Assembly (NCBI RefSeq): GCF_009914755.1 | Contig: NC_060939.1 | DNA length: 64,000 nucleotides | Source of the DNA: the human T2T-CHM13v2.0 reference genome, Homo sapiens | Direction: 5' to 3' (one strand) | Part shown: piece by piece, positions 55,330 through 64,000 of the stretch | Layout of the letters: every line of letters starts with the position of its first letter | Numbering within the stretch: position 1 is the stretch's first letter | The notes under the pieces: generated by a model | The model's input: the letters and a program-made list of their open reading frames with translations, nothing else | Told to the model about the DNA's origin: nothing | Database searches by the model: none | Translations under genes and position numbers: made by a program

Positions 55330-57174
55330 ATTTGGTCGTAATGTTATCATTATATTATGATACTGTCCTTAAAGAAAACTTGTGGAAAATAGGGAAGAGA
55401 GAAAATAAACAATACATACCCATCATCCCACCACAGTAATACAGCAACTCTTCATTTTAACCTATCCCTGCTTGGGGCTTAACCATACCTACATCTGTTT
55501 CACACTGATAATTATGGTGTATATCAGTTTGAACTCTATACTTTTGATTTAACATAGAATTTTTCTTAGCACTAATTTTAGCCCCTGCATAATATTCCTT
55601 CTTTCTATGTGTTACCTATTGCTGAACCGTTCCCCTTTTATCAAATGTTTAGATTGTTTTCAGTTTAGTAAGAGGCTTTTTTTCACTTTTTATTTTTTAC
55701 TATTCTAGTTTAAATTTTCAACTTAAAAAACATGGTATTTTAGAAGTCAAGGCATGTCCTCCCCCTCAGCATATGTTCATGTACCCCATTCACGCTCCAT
55801 ATCTGTGACAAATATCGCCACTTTCAAAAGGTTGTGTTCAAAATGTACGACAGCTCACCTCGGACGCAGTTACATCAGCCATGTGCTGGCAACACAACAC
55901 AGATTGGGGGATGGGGCTTAAACCTAAAAGCACTTTGGACTCATGATAAATGCACAGTGATCACCTTTCTCTTCCCTTCCCCCTCAAGGAAAATGTGTAA
56001 TCCTTGTGCAAAATAAAATAAATAGTTACGCATGACAGTTTTCATCCCTGCATGCACATTTCCTTCATTCTTCACCCACCTCTGTTCATGCTGCCCATCT
56101 GCCCTGGAAGGGCAGGCTTGCTCATCTACTTCCTCCAGACAGCCTGACCCCCACCCCCACTCCCACCCTGCTAGGTGGAACAGGGAGGCAATGATCACTT
56201 CTAAAAGAAGAGATGACGTCTTCTTAGTCACTGTAAGGATGACCTGGGAGAAAGGGCCACAAGCCTTGGGGGAAGCCAGCGCATACCAGTGGGGGGCTGG
56301 ATGGGATGCTCTGTTCTTTGCGGGTCCCAAGGATGAATATGATTATATTTGTGTTAGTGCACATATTATTATGTTCTGTAATTGCATTGCTAAATTGTAT
56401 GCATACACTATATAGAGAAATTATGCATACAATCCAGTTCTTCAACTAACAAGATAGAAGTTTAGACTTCTTAAAATAGGATCTACTAAAGCAAATGTAT
56501 GTTTAAACTCTGGTGATCACTCACTATCATAATCCAGTGGCAGGCCTCAATCTGGTGTAAAGCGGGTGTTTAGTTACTAATAGTAATTCAGTAGTAAACT
56601 TCACAAATTGTTTATTTTTCTTTTCAATGTTATTTTAATAATAAATCTACCATGTTTGTTTGAAATCTGTCCTGCATCCTTCCGAAAGGGAAAGAAACAA
56701 TGGAGGTACAGCTGGTGTGCTGGAAATTAAACAGAGCATCACCTACCTTAATTTTAACAGTGTTTCATGAAAGCTGTAAATGGGAATATCATATGTCATG
56801 TCTGTTGTAGCAAATTTGAGAACACTTTTAAAATGGCCAGCAAAGAGATAAGGTGAGTTCAGCAGGTCCAATGCATTATAAAATGTATTTCTCCTCTTAA
56901 AAACCTTCAGTGATTTCTGTTTGCGTGCAGGACAACATCCGGAAATCACGACATGACACATAGGGGCTTCCTAGGTCTTTTCCTTGCCTCATGCCTGGCC
57001 TCTTTCTGGAGCCTCATCCCTGGGCACACCCCTGCCATATCCATGCTGAAGGGCATTTGCCTCATTCATGGGCACGTGCTCTCCTCCAGTGGGATATCTT
57101 CCTGCTTTGACATCCTGGCACTGTGCCCAGCCTTCAAGATCCTCTCAGTTTTGTCAGCATCTCCTTTCTCAGAG

Positions 57175-58008
57175 AAACTGAGTATGATATTGTTTGGAAT
57201 CTTCAAAGTGGTAGGTGTTGTTTTGTAGTCTAATGAGTTGACTGGTGGCTGGTAGTCCCTAGGCAGCTTCAAGGTGAGGACTGGCCAGGATTAGAGGGTC
57301 GTAACTTTCATCCCACCCCCAACCTCTGGGGAAGGAAGAGGGGCTGAAGGTTGAGTCTGTCACCAATGGCCAATGATTTAATCAATCATGCCTATGCAAT
57401 GAAGCCCTCCATAAAAACCCAAAAGGACTGGGATTGGGGAGCTTGCCTATAGCTAAAGGGGTCTCCCAGGAAGATGAACAAGAACACATCCATCCTCCTG
57501 GGGGGTGGCACACCCCAACTCCACAGGGGCAGAAGCTCTTGTGCTCAGGACCCTTTCAGACATGGCCCTATATATTTCTTCATCTGGCTGTTTATTTGTA
57601 TCCTCTAAAATATCCTATGCAATAAACTGATAAATGTAAGAGTTTCCCTGAGTTCTGTGAGCCATTTTAGCAAATTAATCAAACCCAAGGAGGGGGCAGT
57701 GGGAACCCCAATTTATTGCTGATTGGTTAGGAGCACAGGCAAAATAGCCTAGGGCTTGTGATCTGCATAGACGTGGTGCTCAGTCTTGTGAGACTAAGTC
57801 CTCAACCTGTGTGATTTGAAGCTACCTCCAGGTGGACATTGCCAGAATTGAATTGTATTGGAGGATGCCCAGCTGGTATCTGCTAAAGAAATGATTGCTC
57901 ACTTGGTGTCTGTGGGAAAACCCTTACACATTTGGTCACAGAAGTTTTCTTTATTGATGGTTGTGGTACAACATCAGAGGAAAAGCAGTTTGGTTTTTCC
58001 AATATACT
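57175..58008 (+). mobile_element. MER21-like LTR
   Basis: ggggctgaaggttgagt...caccaatggccaatgatttaatcaatcatgccta...ttccctgagttctgtgagcc. Confidence 0.75.
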
Positions 58009-61000
58009 CACCCAGAAATCCACCCAATTACAACATACTTTGGAAGGTCACAGAGGCCACATTTGCTGATGGGTGTCCTGCCATTGGCTTTGCACAGGCT
58101 GGCTTGCTGCTGTTCATTGTGTTGTTTCTGCACTCACTTGTCACCTTCTATGGTTCTCCACTCCTTTGTACTTACCCCCAACCCAAATATTAATGCAATT
58201 GTACCACGACGCCTGGGCCGGGATCTTTGTTCATGCCTGTGTGACAATGAAATGGAGAAGAGCTGACTATTTTCCAGAAAAATAATCTCAGTATGACCTG
58301 GGCACAGCTGATCTGGTCCAAGACAGGAATAGAAATTGTCTTGTGAGGCTTCAGTGATTTGTGGCACGGCCTCAGTCATGCTTGGGAGGCCTGGTTATTG
58401 ACACCTGATCCATTAGTGATGGGGCACACACTTTAACCAGTTAGACCTTGGAGGAATAATGCCTGATCCATCACTTATTTCTCAACCTGGCACCTTGTTG
58501 GAGCTCAGTAATATTTGTCCAATAAATGGTTGGATGAATCTATTTATCACAATATTTTCCTAAGCAGGGCCTCCTTGTTGTGAGAAGAAAGAAATGAGGT
58601 CCATGGCGACTCAGTCTACTTAGAGAGGGGAAAAGGCTGCAGAAAGAGAATCAAATGGGGTTGAAGTAAGGGTCCTACTTTAAAGTGTTGCCTACAAGAG
58701 CATCCTCATTGAGAAAGGGACCTGTTCTGCTTGTAGAAGCCACTGAGGTGAACATCTTCTTCCAATGAGAGGACTCGGTCTTCATCTTTGTTCTGGAACA
58801 GCCCCTGCCTGTGCCTCAAGCAGGGGGCTGTGGAAAATCCTCTTCATCCTTCCACCCTGTTCAGAACTTTCTGGGAGTCATGGTGCTATGTTCATCCAGA
58901 ATCTTGTTCTAGCAAACAAATGTGAAAAATCATCATCTCCCCCATTCATAGCTACTCTTGTGATCATCAATGAGAATTGCTAACATATTTCACCATGGCT
59001 TACAGACTTTGACACCCTCCTACGCACGTTCTGAAGAGACTTTGATGAAGCAAGAAATGTCCTATACAGGACATAGTAAATGAGCTTGCTTCCTGTCTTG
59101 GTGACTTCCCAAAACCCAGGAACCTGGTGATTTATTGAGGCATAAAGGAAAATATTAGCACATATTCTCATGTTTTATTGAAATATAAGACATGGATTAA
59201 GCTTTACCAATATTCAATATATGTAGCTTAAGAGTTGAAAATAAATATACAGTACTGAAGATATGTTTATGAAAATATTTCACTGGTGGAGTCCATAATA
59301 AAAATAATGCTGGTGTCCATTGGTCTAGACAATGTTAGGGTGTGTGTGCTCTGATACAAGAGGGTCTGACTGGAGAAGGGGTTACAGGAACCTAGGTAGG
59401 AACTTGCTGCATTTGGCTATCTGCATCTGAAGGCAGGTTCTTTCTCCATTGTAGAGTTGTGGAAAGGCTTCCTCTCACAGACTGCCTTGAACCTGGATGA
59501 CCCAGTTCATATCAATTGTGTTTCTCCATTTATGGGGCTGACATATGAGCAATTGTATTGAATTATTTATGAGAAAAAAAAAGTATCCCGAGCTTCTCAC
59601 CACAGACCTTGTCTTTATGAAGAATGGGGCTTCACATCGTACATGGAATTTGAGATTCTCCATGCCTTACTGACAGTGTCTCATTACCATCTCTTATCAG
59701 ACATCCTGGTCTATCAGTAAAATATCATTAATTTTTTAAGAGACGTATAATGCAATAGAGCACAATCCTTCCAAAAGAGTTATTATAAAGCTCTTTATTT
59801 CTTGCAAGAAAATCCCTAAATACATATTTATAATAAGTATTAGAAGTCTCAAAATGCATATTTAGATGACAAGTTATGTGTTTAGCCGTCCCTGAGTACT
59901 TATTTTAAAATGTTACAGAGAATTAGGGAAACTCTCAGAGACACATCTCGACTTCCACAACTGTGATCCTAGTGAGAGTTATTTTAAGAAGCGGCTGACC
60001 TTTTGTACATAGGGGATAGTTGGGCACCATTCTAATTGCCTTTTAAAAAATAGGATTGGAAGTGAAGTAAACAGAATGAGTTCAGAGCCCATTGCACAGG
60101 CAAAGACCCTCCCAAGGTGGGCTCACATTAAATGCATGTTAAATAGATAAGATAATCTCTATTAAAATAAATCAAAATATCTAACTTTTTCATTCCCGTT
60201 CTCCCTTTTCTGACCAGATAATGTCAGAGAATTTCCTTCTTTTCGTGCATTCATTCCAGACATACTCATTTATTCATTGCCTATGATGTGCTAGATGATA
60301 CTGGAATGCAATGCTCCCACCTCCAGTATACTGATCAGGACATCACCATGCCTCTTACTGTCCCTGGGGCCTTAACAAACTCACCTCACCTTGTTAGTGT
60401 GTTTCCAGTCAACTGGTCACTAAAGCAGAGTTGTGTGTCCCTATGGCAGGGGTGTCTGTGAAGGCCTGACTTAAAGGAGGTGGGCTTTCTTCTCAGAAAC
60501 TGGCTTCTTCAAACTGTTTACAGTAATGTCAGGGCATTTCTCAGTTTTATGGGCTTTTCAAATGTCTGGATTTTTCTAGTGTGTGTGCTGGATATCTCAT
60601 AAGGTGACCTCAAGTGTCCCACATATTTTGTTTCAATTATAAAAGTGGAAGGGTAGTTTGACTTAAGGGAAGGTGGGAATAGGACAAGGGATCCTAGAAT
60701 ATTGAGCACAAAGGTACAATCTGGTCCCTTCTCATTTGAAATATGAGCATACTGGGGATACCTAGAGAGGTCTGTGACTTTCTTGGCATTCAGCCATTGT
60801 TACTGGGGAAAAACAGGACCAAGGGGAACCCTACAATATCCTGTGTTCTCTCCATCTTTTGAAGCATTGATTCTCAACAGGCCACACATCACTGCCTTCC
60901 CCACAAGCTTTGCCTCAGAACAGTATTTCCCTGTGTAAAGTAGTGGAAGTCTCCACTTCCAATCCAGGGAAGAACAAAGTGTTATAAAAGGCAAAAAACA

Positions 61001-61049
61001 AACAAACAAAAAACTCAAAAAACAAAAAATCAACAACCCTGCTTTGCAG

Positions 61050-61335
61050 CGAATGTGAGGCTTAAAAGCAGTGATGCAGAGGCTTTCCTGATTCCTTTTG
61101 CAGGGTATGAGATATATCTACCTGGTTTGTCCAGTGAAAGAAGGTGCAGAAAACACACAGGTTATGGCAAGGATTTTACCTGAACACCAAGTACACCCTT
61201 GGGATTCTGGGAGTGGGTTTCAGGAGCCCTGTGAACCCAAAATCGAATGCAAAATGGTTGATGTGCATACTACTGGGCGATCAAAAGCTTCCTCAAAGAG
61301 GCCTGTGACCCCCAGAAGTCTAAGAACTACTTGAG
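61050..61335. mobile_element. Probable hAT-Charlie MER relic
   Basis: Ends ctcaaagaggcctgtgacccccagaagtctaagaactact. Confidence 0.45.
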
Positions 61336-61759
61336 TAGAATCTTGGTGAGGATGCATGGACATGGAGGATGGTGGTTGGAGCTACCAGTGTGATCCAGAT
61401 CAATCACAGCTTCCCAATACTACAGAGCCCTACTGGTACCATTTTTATCCTAGAGATAAATATAAGTGCTGGATGGGCCTAAGGTTGGTGACTGGATGAG
61501 GAGTGAGAAATCAGAAAATGACTTTGGGGAAGGAATAGAAAGGTTACATAGGAGAGCAGGTGGCTGTCCCTTTCCCCACAAACCCAAATCATTTTTCCCT
61601 CCTGGTCTGAAAATTTTATTTAGGTTTATAACCTGGAATTCTAACAACTGGGGAATTCATATGATTTAAGTCCTCCCTTTGTTCTCACTGTTTCCTTTAC
61701 CCTCTTTGCACTTTCTCAATTATTAAATAAACCCTGCTGGATCAGTGGTCGTGTGAGGC

Positions 61760-61925
61760 CAAGAGTGGGAGAAGAGATTGACTGAGGAAAAGCTGGGGGG
61801 AATATTTGCAGGCAATGGACATGCTGTTGGTCTTGATTTTAGTGGACATTGAATGGTACATTAAAAATGGATACATTCTATTGTATGTAAATTATACCTC
61901 AATATAGTTGATTTAAGACAAAAAC
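61760..61925 (+). mobile_element. L1M 3' UTR fragment
   Basis: attgtatgtaaattatacctcaata. Confidence 0.6.
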
Positions 61926-62309
61926 CAAACATTGAATTGCTGTTCACTCCAGTTCCCACCTGATCGCGTCTTTTTGTGAAGGCCATTGGTACTTAGTGTT
62001 GGTATCTTGTGTTGTTCATACGTAGACCTCAGTTACTACTTCTTTTCCTGGATAACTCCCCTACTAACCTCTTAGTCCCTTAAAGCCTAGACCAGAACTT
62101 AATTTTCGTCACTCTTCTTTGAGTTCTTCATAGCAGCAAGCACTAAATTAAAACAAAACAAAACTCACTAATGATAATAACGATGAGGCAAATCAATAAT
62201 TTTGTTCAAGGAGCTCTTCAGTGTCCATTCAGTCTTATAGAAACCTATCATCACTACTTTTTCAGGAATTGAGTTAAGGGTGTGTTTATCAACCAAAAAA
62301 AAAAAAAAA

Positions 62310-62515
62310 CTGGACTCAAAGTCACACGACTTGTGTTCAAGTTGCAGCTTTGACACTTAGCATCTGTGTAATCTGGGCAAGTTACTTTATGTTTCTAAGC
62401 TCCAGTTTATATCTTTACATAGAAGAATAAATATTTATTTTATCTACCTATGGTGATGTCTTCAAAAATTATAAGACCACATGCAATTAGTGGTTTTTGT
62501 AGTGTGTACATAGCA
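62310..62515 (+). mobile_element. MIR SINE
   Basis: ctgtgtaatctgggcaagttacttt. Confidence 0.65.
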
Positions 62516-64000
62516 TAATAAAACCTTTCTTTTATCATAAAAAATACTGACATTTTTAAGGAAAAAAATCTTGAATTTTAATGGGATGTTTTTGGGTTTG
62601 TTTTATTTTTTAAATAATATTTTCTGAAACTTCTGGAATATTTTTATTACATGATTATGTGATTGAGTATGAAAAACCATTTTAAATTACCATAGCAAAT
62701 TGTTTGACCTACTTCTTCTCTTTGGCACATTTTGGAGATCTTTACTTTGTTTCATTCTCATTAATAGGAATTTCAATTTGGTCTTCTTAATAACAGATAT
62801 TTCAATTTCTGTTCAGTAATTTATTATGGTATCATGTCAAATAATAGTATTTATTGAATAACAGCATGAACATTTTTTATTTTTAAATGAATGTATTTAC
62901 AGTTGAAATTATCCCCATGAGTTTTTTATTTGTTTGTTTGTTTTAGTTGATTGTTTTATGATTGCATTACCTTCTCATTTGTAGTTCATTTAAAAAGAAA
63001 AAGTAAAGCTCATACCACAGCAGATAAATCTCCAGAATCACTATCACTTCCTGTTTCAAAATTGAAATGATTTTTAAAAACAAATCTGTGCTTTCTCAAC
63101 TTTGTTCAGAATCTAAAATAGTGTCAATGTTTGCCAAGCTAGAAAGTAAAATATTAGGATAAAATTTAATTTCCAAGTTCCCAAAAGGTCATGGAGAGGC
63201 AAATGAGAAAGATAAATTTAATTAATTTATTTTAAATAAAAATGACTTAAGTGCCCTTTCGAAAAAAAAAACACCCTTTCAACAAATGTGTTTTAAACAA
63301 AAGTGACAATTTCTATCGCTTAAAGAACAGATATGAAAAAAGTAAATCAACAATGCTAAACCTCACATAGAAATCCATCCACAGTGAATCTGTAGAGGTT
63401 ATGACAACAGCTATTAAAATGATAGCTATTACATTTTACAAATCAGCTATTAAAATATCTGAGTTCATTATGTGCACAAAAGCTTTACATCCCACTGAGA
63501 AGAAAGAGCTGGGAATGTTACTTAGGGTCTATCTGTATTTCGAGGTCAGGGAAGAGTCCAAATTTATGTAGTAACAGCACGTCTGCAAGTTTTCAGTTTG
63601 CTTCCATGAACTAAAACCAATAGCCCCACTCCACAAAGAGGCAGAATCAAATGTCACTGGTTTGATCTACTTCAAAACAGGAGCCACTTCTAATAGCTCT
63701 TTTCAAAAAGATGGCGTAGAAGAGAGATCAAGAGCCCATGTGGATACCATCTTTGGCCAGAATTTCTGGCATGCCTTACACAGGCTTGAAAAGTATTGCA
63801 AATGAAGCTACAAGATAGAGTGGTCCCAAACACCTCGAAAAAGGAGCCCTCCTCATCTGAGGCCCAGACAGCCCATGCTCTTTATAAAAGCTTATTTTCT
63901 ATTGATGCTCTTTTTGGCCATGTGAATCTGACGCCCCAATGATTGTGGCTGCCACTGCTTCATGAGACTAAAAAATGATCAAGCAAAAGCATACTGCTAT

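Noticed and set aside
55850-55870. REST/RE1 site (CACCTCGGAC)
   Set aside because: Only the centre matches; the TTCAG and AGCGCC flanks are missing.

Overview
Primate (most likely human) nuclear DNA: AT-rich, CpG-depleted, with no CpG island and dense Alu, MIR, L2, L1M, MaLR/ERV LTR and hAT relics. I found no credible protein-coding exon, tRNA, rRNA, snRNA or miRNA. The supplied ORFs look like repeat-derived or random frames, so this is a gene desert or deep intron. I could not place the locus from sequence alone, and repeat subfamily calls come from remembered consensus sequences with approximate ends. The most notable signals are: (1) a pure (GGAA)12 microsatellite directly next to a motif-dense ~170 bp block at the window centre, the architecture of an EWSR1::FLI1-responsive neo-enhancer; (2) candidate + strand non-coding exons, including a possible 6-nt microexon; (3) a patchwork templated local duplication at 16.1-18.4 kb; (4) two different LTRs inserted at the same 5-bp target inside a MER45 element; (5) several repeat-free enhancer-like blocks and template-switch-type palindromes. 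I cannot demonstrate a wholly new biological system here; these are testable candidates.
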